Assembly: GCF_009914755.1 (NCBI RefSeq)
Contig: NC_060940.1
DNA: 64,000 nucleotides
Strand: one strand, 5' to 3'
Source: the human T2T-CHM13v2.0 reference genome, Homo sapiens
In this document: piece after piece, positions 28,001 through 42,300 of the stretch
Position numbering within the stretch: the first letter of the stretch is position 1
Layout of the letters: every line of letters starts with the position of its first letter
Made by a program: the position numbers and the translations under genes
The notes under the pieces: model-generated
The model's database searches: none
What the model saw: the letters and a program-made list of their open reading frames with translations, nothing else
What the model was told of the DNA's origin: nothing

Positions 28001-31000
28001 TACGATTCCATTCTGTGATGATTCCATGTGATTGCATTCAATGATGATTCCTTTCGATTGCATTCGATTATGATTCATTTCGTGTTCATTCTATGGTTCC
28101 ACAGGTTTCCATTCGATGATGTTTCCATTCGTGTCCATTCCATTATTCCATTCTATTCCATTTGAAGATGATTCCATTCGATTCCATTCATTGGTGATTC
28201 CACTCAATTCCATTCAATGATTCCATTCCATTTCTTTCAACAATGATTCCATTAGTTTCTATTCGATGATCCACTTGATTCCATTTGACGATGATTCCAT
28301 TCGTGTCCATTCGATGATTCCATTTGATTCCATATGATGATGATTCCATTCGATTCCATACGATGATGATTCCATTCGAGTCCATTCAATGGTGATTCCA
28401 TTCAATTCCATTCGATGATTCCTTTCGATTCCATTCAATGATGATGGCATTCAATTCCTTTCGATCATTCCCTTTGATTCCATTCAAAGGTGATTTCATT
28501 CAAGTCCATTCGATAATTGCATTCGATTCCATTCTATGATGATTCCATTCGAGTCCATTTGATGATTCCATTCAATTCAAGTCAATGACGATTCCATTCG
28601 ATTCCACTCGATGATTCCATTGGATTCCATTCGATGATGATTCCATTCAAATCCATTCGATAATTCAATTCAAGTCCATTCGATGATGATTCCGATCGAA
28701 TCCATTCAAAGATTCCACTCAATTCCATTCGATGATGATTCCCTTAGATTCCATTCGATGATTCCACTTGATTCCATTTACGATGATTCCATTCGATTCC
28801 ATGTGATGATTCCATTCAATTCTATTCAATGATGTTTCCACTTGATTCCATTCGAACATGATTGCCTTTGATTCCATTCAATGATTCCATACGGTTCCAT
28901 TTGATGATGATTCCATTCGAGTGCATTAGATGATTCCATCCGAGTCCATTCGATGATTCCATTCGATTCCATTCGATGTTGATTCTGTTCAAATCCATTC
29001 GATGATTCCACTCGATTCCATTCGATGACTCCATTTGATCCCATTCGATGATTTCCTTTGATTCCCTTTGATGATCATTCCATTTGATTCAATTCGGTGA
29101 TTTCTTTTGATTCCATTCAGTGATGTTTCCATTCAACTCCTTTCGATGATGATTCCATTCGACTCCATTCGATTATGATTTCATTCAATTCCATTCGATA
29201 ATGATTCCCTTCAAGTCCATTCGATGCTTCCATTCGATTCCATTCAACGATGATTTGATTCGTGTCCATTCGATGATTCCATTTGATTCCATTTGATGAT
29301 GATTCCATTCGAGTCCCTTTGATGATTCCATTCAATTCCATTCTCCGATGATTTCTTTTGAGCCCATTCAATGCTTCCACTCGATTCCATATGATGATGA
29401 CTCCATTTGATGAAATTCCATGATGATTCCATTCGCTTGCATTCGATGATGATTCCACTTGAGTCCGTTAGAAGATTCTATTCAATTACATTCCATGACG
29501 ATTCTGTCCGAGTCCATTTGATGATTCCATTAGACTCCATTCGACGATGATTCCATTCGATGTTATTCGTTGATGATTCCATTCAACTCCATTCGAAGTT
29601 TCCATTCGAGTTCATTCTATTATTCCATTAGATTCCATTCGATGATGATTCCATTCGATTCCATTTGATGATTGCATTCTATTTCATTTGATGATGATTC
29701 CATTCGAGTCCATTCGATGATTCCATTCGAGTCCATTTAATGAATCCATTGGTTTCAATTCTATGATGATTACATTGGATTCCATTCGTTGATGATTTCA
29801 TTCGATTCCATTCAATGATGATTCCATTCAATTCCATTCAATGATTCCATTCAATTCCATACGATGATGATTCCATTGGATTTGATTCGACAGTGAGCCA
29901 TTCGATTCAATTCCATGATGATTCTATTTTATTCAATTGGTTGACATTTCCATTCGATTCCATTCGATGATGATTCCCTTTGATTCCATTCAAAGCTGAT
30001 TCCATTCTAGCCCATTCAATCATTCCATTCGATTCTATTCAATGATGATTCCATTCATGTCGATTTGGTGATTCCATTTGACTTCATTTGATGATGATTC
30101 TTTTCAAGTTCATTAGATGATTCCATTCGATTCCATTTGATGATGATCCCATTCGAGTCCATTTGATGATTCCACTCGTTTCCATTCCATGATGATTCCA
30201 TTCCATTCCATTCAATGATTCCATTCGATTCCGTTTGATGATGATTTCATTCGAGTCCATTTGATGATTCCATTTGATTCCATTCGATGATGATTACATT
30301 CGAGTCCATACGATGATTCCACTCAATTCCATATGATGATGATTCCATTCGATTCCATTCGATGATTCCACTTGATTCCATTTACGATGATTCCATTCGA
30401 TTCCATGTGATGATTCCATTCAGTTCTATTCAATGCTGTTTCCATTTGATTCCATTCGACCATGATTGCCTTTGATTCCATTCAATGACTCCATTCGGTT
30501 CCTTTTGATGATGATTCCGTTCGATTCCATTTCATTATTCCATTTGATTCCATTGGATGAGTCCATTCGATTACATTCGATGATTATTCCATTCGAGTGC
30601 ATTAGATGATTCCATTCGAGTGCATTCGATGATTCCATTCGATTCCATTCGATGTTGATTCTGTTCAAATCCATTCGATGATTCCACTCGATTCCATTCG
30701 ATGACTCCAGTTGATCCCATTCGATGATTTCCTTTGATTCCCTTTGATGATCATTCCATTTGATTCAATTCGGTGATTTCATTTGATTCCATTCAGTGAT
30801 GTTTCCATTCGACTCCATTCGATGATGATTCCATTCGACTCCATTCGATTATGATTTCATTCAATTCCATTCGATAATGATTCCCTTCGAGTCCATTCGA
30901 TGATTCCATTCGATTCCATTCAACGATGATTTGATTCGTGTCCATTCGATGATTCCATTTGATTCCACTTGATGATGATTCCATTCGAGTCCATTTGATG

Positions 31001-33305
31001 ATTCCATTCAATTCCATTCTCCGATGATTTCTTTTGAGCCCATTCAATGCTTCCACTCGATTCCATATGATGATGACTCCATTCGATGAAATTCGATGAT
31101 GATTCCCTTTGATTCCATTCAAAGATGATTCCATTCTAGCCCATTCAATCATTCCATTCGATTCTATTCAATGATGATTCCATTCATGTCGATTTGGTGA
31201 TTCCATTTGACTTCATTTGATGATGATTCCTTTCAAGTTCATTAGATGATTCCATTCGATTCCATTTGATGATGATCCCATTGGAGTCCATTCAGTGATT
31301 CCACTCGTTTCCATTCCATGATGATTCCATTCCATTCCATTCAATGATTCCATTCGATTCCGTTTGATGATGATTTCATTCGAGTCCATTTGATGATTCC
31401 ATTGGATTCCATTCGATGATGATTCCATTCGAGTCCATTCGATGATTCTATTCGAATCCATTTGATGATTTCTTTTGATTATAGTTGGTGATGATTCCAT
31501 TGGAGTCCATTCAATGATTCCATTCGATTCCAATCGATGGTGATTCCATTAGAGTCCATTTAACGATTCCATTTGATTCCAGTCTCTGATGATTACATTC
31601 GAGTCCATACGATGATTCCACTCAATTCCATATGATGATGATTCCATTCTATTCCATTCGATGATTCCATTCTATTCTATTCAATGGTGATTCCATTCGA
31701 GTACATTAGATGATTCCATTCGATTCCATTCAATGATGATTCTATTTGTGTCCCTTAGATGGTTCCACATGATTCCATTTCATGATGATACTATTTGAGC
31801 CCATCCAATGACTCCCTTCGATTCCATTCGATGAGGATTCCATTCGATTCAATTCATTGGTGATTCTATTCAATTCAATTCTTTGATTCCATTCCATTCC
31901 ATTCGACAATGATTCCATTCGATTTCTTTCGATGATTCCACTCGATTCCACTTGACATTGATTCCATTCGATTCCATTCAATGATTCCGTTTGATTCCAG
32001 TGGATGATGATTGCCGTCGATTCCATTCGATCACTCCATTCTATTCCATTTGATGATGATTACATTCGATTCCATTTGATGATTCCATCTGATTCTATTC
32101 GAGGATTCCATTTGATTCCATTCGATGATGATTCCATTCGAGTGCATTCGATGATTTCATTCGAGTACATCCAATGATTCCATTCGAGTCCATTTGATGA
32201 TTCCATTTGATTCAATTTGATTATGATTCTACTAGAGTCCATTCAATGACTCCATTCGAATCCATTCAACAATTCCATTCGAGGCCATTCGATGATTCCA
32301 TTTCATGATTCCATTCGAGTCCATTTAATCATTACAGTCGAGTCCATTTGGTGATTCCACTGGATTTCTTTTGATAATGATACCATTCAATTACATTTGA
32401 TGATGATCCCATTCAATTTCATTTGATGGTGATTCCATTAGAGTCCATTCGATGATTTCATTCGAGTCCCTTCATTGATTCCATCCGATTTCATTGGATG
32501 ATGACTCCATTCGAGTCCATTCGATGATTCCACTCGATTCCATTAGATGACTCCATTGGAGTCCATTTGATTGTTCCATTCGATTCTATTCGATTCCTTT
32601 CGAAGATTATTCCATTTGAGTCCATTCGATGATGATTCCATTCCATTCCATTCGATGATTCCGTTTGATTCCATTCGATGATTCCCTTCGATTCCTTTCT
32701 TTGATGATTCCATTCCATTCCATTCAATGATTCCATTCGAATCTATTCCATGATGATTCCTTTCGATTCCATTCGCTGATGTTTCCGTTCAATTCCATTC
32801 GATGATGATTCCATTCGATTCCATTCATTGAGGATTCCATTTGATTCCATTCAATGATGATTCCGTTCTATTCCATTCAATGATTGCATTCAATTCCATT
32901 CAATGATTATCCCCTTAGAGTAAACTCAACGATTCCATTCAATACCATTCGATGATGATTCCTTTTGAGTCCATTCAATGATTTCATTCAAGTCCATTTG
33001 ATGATTCCTTTCAATTCCATTCTATGATGATTCCATTCGAGTCCATTCGATGATTCCATTCGATTGCATTCGATGATTCCATTATATTCCATTCAACGAT
33101 GATTCCATTCGAGTCCATTCGATGATTCCATTAGAGTACATTTAATGATTGCTTTGTTTTCAATTCGAAGATGATTACATTGGATTCCATTCTATGATAC
33201 CATTCGATTCCATTCAATGATGATTCCACTCAAATCCATTGGATGATTCCATTCGTGTCCATTCGGTGATTTCATTAGATTCCATTCGAGGATGATTCCA
33301 TTCGA
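22024..33305 (+). repeat. Macro-repeat type B, copy B1 (11,282-bp period)
   Basis: ORF offsets of 11282: 22614/33896, 23600/34882, 24061/35343, 24695/35977, 25773/37055, 26714/37996. The landmark 'ttccagtccatatgatcattcc' occurs at about 22068, 33350 and 45654. Confidence 0.85.
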
Positions 33306-36300
33306 TTCCATTCGATGATTCCATTCAATTCCATTCGATGATGATTCCATTCCAGTCCATATGATCATTCCATTTGATTTCATTCGATGATGATTCCATT
33401 CGATTCCATTCGATGATTCCATTCTATTCCATTCGATGATGATTCCATTCGAGTCCATTCGATGATTCCATTCGAGTCCATTTAATGATTCCATTGGGTT
33501 CAATTCAATGATGATTACATTGGATTCCGTTCTATGATTCCATTCAATTCCGTTCATTGACTATTTGATTCCATTCGATGATGATTCCATTTGAGTTCAT
33601 TCGATGATTCTATTCGATTCTCTTCGATGGTGATTCAATTCTATTATATTGGATGATTCCATTCGATTCCATTTGATGTTGATTCAATTCGATTCTATTC
33701 GATGATGATTCCATTGGATTTCACTTGATGATTCTATTCGATTCCATTCAATGATGATTCACTTCTCGTCCATTGGATGATTCCATTTCATTCCATTCGA
33801 TGATGATTCCATTCGATTCCATTCGATGATTCCATTTGATTCCATGCGACGGTGAGCAATTCGATTCAATTCCATGATGATTCTATTTGATTCAATTAGA
33901 TGATGTTTCCATTCGAATCCATTCCATGATTATTCCATTGGAATCCATTTGGCGATGATTCCATATGAGTCAATTCAATGATGATTCCATATGGGTCCGT
34001 TCGATGATAATTCCATTTGATTTCATTCGATGCTTCTATTCTATTCCAGTCGATGATGATTCCGTTGGAGTCCATACGATGATTCCATTTGATTTCATTT
34101 GATGATGATTCCATTCGATGATGATTACATTGGATTCCATTCTATGATTCCATTCAATTCCATTCGTTGATGATTCGATTCCATTCAATGATGATTCCAT
34201 TTGAGTTCATTCGATGATTCTATTCGATTCCGTTCGATGGTGATTCAATTCTCTTATATTGGATGATTCCACTCGATTCCATTTGATGATTATTCCATTG
34301 GAGTCCACTTAGTGAATCCTTTAGATTCTACTCGAAGATGATTCCATTCGAGTCCATTCGATGATACCATTCAATTCCATTCGTTGATGCTTCCATTCAA
34401 GTGCATTCGATGATATCATTCGATTCCATTTGATGATAATTCCATTTGATTCCATGCGATGATTCTATTCGATTTCATTCAATGATAATTCCATTCAATT
34501 CAGTGATTCCTCTGAACTCCATTTGATGATGATTCCTTTCAATGATTCCATTCGATTCTGTTCCAAAATGATTCCATTTGAATCCATTTGATGATGATTC
34601 CATTAGATTCCATTTGATGATTCCATTCGATTCCATTTGACGATGATTCCATTCGATTCCATTTGATGATTCCATTCTATTCTATTCGATGATGATTCCA
34701 TTCGATTCCATTTGATGATGATTGGATTCGATTCCATTTGATGATTTCATTTGATTCCATTCGTTAATGATTTCGATCAACTCCATTCGATGATTCCATT
34801 GGATTCCATTCGATAATGATTACATCCGAGTCCATTCGATGATTCCATTTGAGCCCGTTCGATAATTCCATTTGAGTCCAATCAATGATTCCATTCATTT
34901 CCATTCAATGATTCCATTCGAGTCCATTTGATCATTCTGGTAGGGTCCGTTCGATGTTGATTCCATTGGAGTGCATTCGATGATTCCATTCGAGTCCATT
35001 TTATGATTTGATTCGAGTCCTTTCGATGATTCCATTCGATTCCACTCGATGATGATTTCATTCGAGTCCATTCGACACTTCCAATCGATTCCATTTGATG
35101 TTTCCATTCGAGTCCAATTGATGATTCCATTCAATTCCATTCGATGATGATTCCGTACGATTCCATTCTGTGATGATTCCATGTGATTGCATTCAATGAT
35201 GATTCCTTTCGATTGCATTCGATTATGATTCATTTCGTGTTCATTCTATGGTTCCACAGGTTTCCATTCGATGACGTTTCCGTTCGTGTCCATTCCATTA
35301 TTCCATTCTATTTCATTTGATGATGATTCCATTCGATTCCATTCATTGGTGATTCCACTCAATTCCATTCAATGATTCCATTCCATTTCTTTCAACAATG
35401 ATTCCATTAGTTTCTATTCGATGATCCACTTGATTCCATTTGGCGATGATTCCATTCGTGTCCATTCGATGATTCCATTTGATTCCATATGATGATGATC
35501 CCATTCGATTCCATACCATGATGATTCCATTCGAGTCCATTCAATGGTGATTCCATTCAATTCCATTCGATGATTCCTTCCGATTCCATTCGATGATGAT
35601 GGCATTCGATTCCTTTCAATCATTCCCTTTGATTCCATTCAAAGATGATTTCATTCAAGTCCGTTCGATAATTTCATTTGATTCCATTCTATGATGATTC
35701 CATTCGAGTCCATTTGATGATTCCATTCAATTCAAGTCAATGATGATTCCATTCGATTCCACTCGATGATTCCATTGGATTCCATTCGATGATGATTCCA
35801 TTCAAATCCATTCGATAATTCAATTCAAGTCCATTCGATGATGATTCCAATCGAATCCATTCAAAGATTCCATTCAATTCCATTCGATGATGATTCCCTT
35901 AGATTCCATTCGATGATTCCACTTGATTCCATTTACGATGATTCCATTCGATTCCATGTGATGAATCCATTCAATTCTATTCAATGATGTTTCCATTTGA
36001 TTCCATTGGACCATGATTGCCTTTGATTCCATTCAATGATTCCATTCGGTTCCATTTGATGATGATTCCGTTCGATTCCATTTCATTATTCCATTTGATT
36101 CCATTGGATGAGTCCATTCGATTACATTCGATGATTATTCCATTCGAGTGCATTAGATGATTGCATTCGAGTCCATTCGATGATTCCATTCGATTCCATT
36201 CGATGTTGATTCTGTTCAAATCCATTCGATGATTCCACTCGATTCCATTCGATGACTCCATTTGATCCCATTCGATGATTTCCTGTGATTCCCTTTGATG

Positions 36301-39300
36301 ATCATTCTATTTGATTCAATTCGGTGATTTCATTTCATTCCATTCAGTGATGTTTCCATTCGACTGTATTCGATGATGATTCCATTCGACTCCATTCGAT
36401 TATGATTTCATTCAATTCCATTCAATAATGATTCCCTTCGAGTCCATTCGATGATTCCATTCGATTCCATTCAACGATGATTTGATTCGTTTCCATTCGA
36501 TGATTCCATTTGATTCCACTTGATGATGATTCCATTCGAGTCCATTTGATGATTCCATTCGAGTCTATTTATGTATTATATTCGTGTCCACTTCATGATT
36601 CCATTCAATTCCATTTAATGTTGATTCCATTTGATTCCATTTGATGATTCAGTTCGATTCCTTGCAATGATTCCCTACGATTCCTTTCTATGATGATTCC
36701 ATTCGATTCCATTCATTGATGATTTCATTCGACTCCATTCGATGATGATTCCTTACGTTTCCATTTGACGATGTTTCCCTTCGAGTCCATTCGATGATGA
36801 TTCTATTCAATTCTGTTCTATTATGATTCCATTCGATTTCATTCAATGCTTCTATTTGATTCCATTCGATGATGATTCCATCTCTTTCCCTTCGATGATT
36901 CCATTTGATTCCATTCAGTGATGATTCCATTTGATTCCATCTGATGATGATTTCACTTGATTCCTTTCAATGATGATTCAATTCAAGTCCATTCGATGAT
37001 TCCATTGGAGTCCAAACGATCATTCCGTTCGATTCCATTCAATGGTGATTCCATTCATGTCCATTCGATGAATCCATTCAATTCCATTCGATGATGACTC
37101 CATTCGAGTACATTCGATGATTCCATTTGATTCCATTTGAAGATGATTCCATTCAATTCCATTCGAAGATGATTCCATTCAATTCCATTCGATGATGATT
37201 CCGTATGAATCCATTCTCTGATTATTCCATTCGATTCCATTCATTGACGATTCCATTCAATTCCATTCAATGATGATTCTCTTCTATTCCATTCGATGAT
37301 TCCGGTCGATTCCATTCGATGATGATTCCATTAGATTCCATTCGATTGTTGCATTCGATTCCCTTCGATGATGATTCCTTTGAATTCCATTCGATTATCA
37401 TTCCGTATGAATCCATTTGATGATTATTCCATTGGATTCCTTTCGATGATGATTCCATTCGATTCCATTTGATGATGTTTCTCTTGTATTCCATTGGATA
37501 ATTCCTTTCAGTTCCCTTCGATGATTATTCTTTCGAGTCAATTCGATGATTCTATTCCATTCCCTTCGATGATGATTCCATTTCACTCCATTTGATGATT
37601 CCATTCGACTCAATTTGGTGATGATTCAATTCGATGACATTCGATGACTCCATTCAATTTCATTTGATGATGATTACATTCGAGTCCATTTGATGATTGT
37701 ATTCCTTTCCTTTTGATGATTATTCCATTCGTGTCTATTCAAAGATTCCATTCTATTCCATTCAATGATGATTGCATTTGATTCCATTCAATGATTATGG
37801 CTATCGATTCCACTCGTTGATTCCATTTGATTCCGTTCGATGATTATTCCGTTAGATTCCATTAGAAGATTCCATTCGATTTTATTCAATGATTCCAATG
37901 GATTCCATTCAATGATGATTCCATTCGACTCCATTCAGTGATTCCATTCGAGTCCATTTGATGATTCCATTCTTTTCCATTTGATGATGATTCCATTAGG
38001 GTCCATTCAATGATTCCATTCGAGTCCATTCGTTAATGCCTTTCGAGTCCTTTTGATCACTACATTCGAGTCCATTCAATGATTCTATTCGATTCCATTC
38101 CATGATGATTCCATTCGAGTTCATTCGATGATTGCATTCGAGTCCATTTGATGATTCCATATGATTCCCTTCGACAATGATTCCATTCGTGTCCATTTGA
38201 TGATTCCATTCATTTCCTATCGATGAAGATTCCATTCAAGTGTATTCGATGATTCCATTCAAATCCATTCGATGATGATTCCATTCCAGTCCATTCGATC
38301 ATTCCACTTGATTCCATTTGATGACTATTCCATTCAAATCCATTTGATGATTCCATTCTATTCCATTCGATGTTACCATTCGAGTATATACGATGATTCC
38401 ACTCGATTCCATTTGATGATTATTCCATTGGAGTCCACTTAGTGAATCCTTTAGATTCTACTCGAAGATGATTCCATTCGAGTCCATTCGATGATACCAT
38501 TCAATTCCATTCGTTGATGCTTCCATTCAAGTGCATTCGATGATATCATTCGATTCCATTTGATGATAATTCCATTTGATTCCATGCGATGATTCTATTC
38601 GATTCCATTCAATGATAATTCCATTCAATTCAGTGATTCCTCTGGACTCCATTTGATGATGATTCCATTCAATGATTCCATTCGATTCTATTCCAAAATG
38701 ATTCCATTTGAATCCATTTGATGATGATTCCATTAGATTCCATTTGATGATTCCATTCGATTCCATTTGACGATGATTCCATTCGATTCCATTTGATGAT
38801 TCCATTCTATTCTATTCGATGATGATTCCATTCGATTCCATTCGATGATGATTGGATTCGATTCCATTTGATGATTTCATTTGATTCCATTCGTTAATGA
38901 TTTCGATCAATTCCATTCGATGATTCTATTCGATTCCATTCGATAATGATTACATCCGAGTCCATTCAGTGATTCCATTCGAGTCCATTTGATGATTCCA
39001 TTCTTTTCCATTTGATGATGATTCCATTAGGGTCCATTCAATGATTCCATTCGAGTCCATTCGTTAATGCCTTTCGAGTCCTTTTGATCACTACATTCGA
39101 GTCCATTCAATGATTCTATTCGATTCCATTCCATGATGATTCCATTCGAGTTCATTCGATGATTGCATTCGAGTCCATTTGATGATTCCATATGATTCCC
39201 TTCGACAATGATTCCATTCGTGTCCATTTGATGATTCCATTCATTTCCTATCGATGAAGATTCCATTCAAGTGTATTCGATGATTCCATTCAAATCCATT

Positions 39301-42300
39301 CGATGATGATTCCATTCCAGTCCATTCGATCATTCCACTTGATTCCATTTGATGACTATTCCATTCAAATCCATTTGATGATTCCATTCTATTCCATTCG
39401 ATGTTACCATTCGAGTATATACGATGATTCCACTCGATTCCATTTGATGATTATTCCATTGGAGTCCACTTAGTGAATCCTTTAGATTCTACTCGAAGAT
39501 GATTCCATTCGAGTCCATTCGATGATACCATTCAATTCCATTCGTTGATGCTTCCATTCAAGTGCATTCGATGATATCATTCGATTCCATTTGATGATAA
39601 TTCCATTTGATTCCATGCGATGATTCTATTCGATTCCATTCAATGATAATTCCATTCAATTCAGTGATTCCTCTGGACTCCATTTGATGATGATTCCATT
39701 CAATGATTCCATTCGATTCTATTCCAAAATGATTCCATTTGAATCCATTTGATGATGATTCCATTAGATTCCATTTGATGATTCCATTCGATTCCATTTG
39801 ACGATGATTCCATTCGATTCCATTTGATGATTCCATTCTATTCTATTCGATGATGATTCCATTCGATTCCATTCGATGATGATTGGATTCGATTCCATTT
39901 GATGATTTCATTTGATTCCATTCGTTAATGATTTCGATCAATTCCATTCGATGATTCCATTCGATTCCATTCGATAATGATTACATCCGAGTCCATTCAG
40001 TGATTCCATTCGAGTCCATTTGATGATTCCATTCTTTTCCATTTGATGATGATTCCATTAGGGTCCATTCAATGATTCCATTCGAGTCCATTCGTTAATG
40101 CCTTTCGAGTCCTTTTGATCACTACATTCGAGTCCATTCAATGATTCTATTCGATTCCATTCCATGATGATTCCATTCGAGTTCATTCGATGATTGCATT
40201 CGAGTCCATTTGATGATTCCATATGATTCCCTTCGACAATGATTCCATTCGTGTCCATTTGATGATTCCATTCATTTCCTATCGATGAAGATTCCATTCA
40301 AGTGTATTCGATGATTCCATTCAAATCCATTCGATGATGATTCCATTCCAGTCCATTCGATCATTCCACTTGATTCCATTTGATGACTATTCCATTCAAA
40401 TCCATTTGATGATTCCATTCTATTCCATTCGATGTTACCATTCGAGTATATACGATGATTCCACTCGATTCCATTTGATGATTATTCCATTGGAGTCCAC
40501 TTAGTGAATCCTTTAGATTCTACTCGAAGATGATTCCATTCGAGTCCATTCGATGATACCATTCAATTCCATTCGTTGATGCTTCCATTCAAGTGCATTC
40601 GATGATATCATTCGATTCCATTTGATGATAATTCCATTTGATTCCATGCGATGATTCTATTCGATTCCATTCAATGATAATTCCATTCAATTCAGTGATT
40701 CCTCTGGACTCCATTTGATGATGATTCCATTCAATGATTCCATTCGATTCTATTCCAAAATGATTCCATTTGAATCCATTTGATGATGATTCCATTAGAT
40801 TCCATTTGATGATTCCATTCGATTCCATTTGACGATGATTCCATTCGATTCCATTTGATGATTCCATTCTATTCTATTCGATGATGATTCCATTCGATTC
40901 CATTCGATGATGATTGGATTCGATTCCATTTGATGATTTCATTTGATTCCATTCGTTAATGATTTCGATCAATTCCATTCGATGATTCCATTCGATTCCA
41001 TTCGATAATGATTACATCCGAGTCCATTCGGTGATTCCATTTGAGCCTGTTCGATAATTCCATTTGAGTCCAACCAATGATTCCATTCATTTCCATTCAA
41101 TGATTCCATTCGAGTCCATTTGATCATTCCGGTATTGTCCATTCGATGTTGATTCCATTGGAGTGCATTCGATGATTCCATTCGAGTCCATTTTAGGATT
41201 TGATTCGAGTCCTTTCGATGATTCCATTCGATTCCACTCGATGATGATTTCATTAGAGTCCATTCGACACTTCCAATCGATTCCATTTGATGTTTCCATT
41301 CGAGTCCAATTGATGATTCCATTCAATTCCATTCGATGATGATTCCGTACGATTCCATTCTGTGATGATTCCATGTGATTGCATTCAATGATGATTCCTT
41401 TCGATTGCATTCGATTATGATTCATTTCGTGTTCATTCTATGGTTCCACAGGTTTCCATTCGTGTCCATTCCATTATTCCATTCTATTCCATTTGATGAT
41501 GATTCCATTCGATACCATTCATTGGTGATTCCACTCAATTCCATTCAATGATTCCATTCCATTTCTTTCAACAATGATTCCATTACTTTCTAATCGATGA
41601 TCCACTTGATTCCATTTGACGACGATTCCATTCTTGTCCATTCGATGATTCCATTTGATTCCATATGATGATGATTCCATTCGATTCCATACGATTATGA
41701 TTCCATTCGAGTCCATTCAATGGTGATTCCATTCAATTCCATTCGATGATTCCTTAAGATTCCATTCGATGATGATGGCATTCGATTCCTTTCAATCATT
41801 CCCTTTGATTCCATTCAAAGGTGATTTCATTCAAGTCCATTCGATAATTGCATTCGATTCCATTCTATGATGATTCCATTCGAGTCCATTTGATGATTCC
41901 ATTCAATTCAAGTCAATGATGATTCCATTCGATTCCATTCGATGATTCCATTGGATTCCATTCGATGAAGATTCCATTCAAATCCATTCGATAATTCAAT
42001 TCAAGTCCATTCGATGATGATTGAAATCGAATCCATTCAAAGATTCCATTCAGTTCCATTCGATGATTCCCTTAGATTCCATTCGATGATTCCACTTGAT
42101 TCCATTTACGATGATTCCATTCGATTCCATGTGATGATTCCATTCAATTCTATTCAATGCTGTTTCCATTTGATTCCATTCGACCATGATTGCCTTTGAT
42201 TCCATTCAATGACTCCATTCGGTTCCTTTTGTTGATGATTCCGTTCGATTCCATTTCATTATTCCATTTGATTCCATTGGATGAGTCCATTCGATTACAT

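Noticed and set aside
42014-42199. The only plus-strand ORF (61 aa)
   Set aside because: A chance stop-free satellite frame at the length threshold, not reported in homologous copies.
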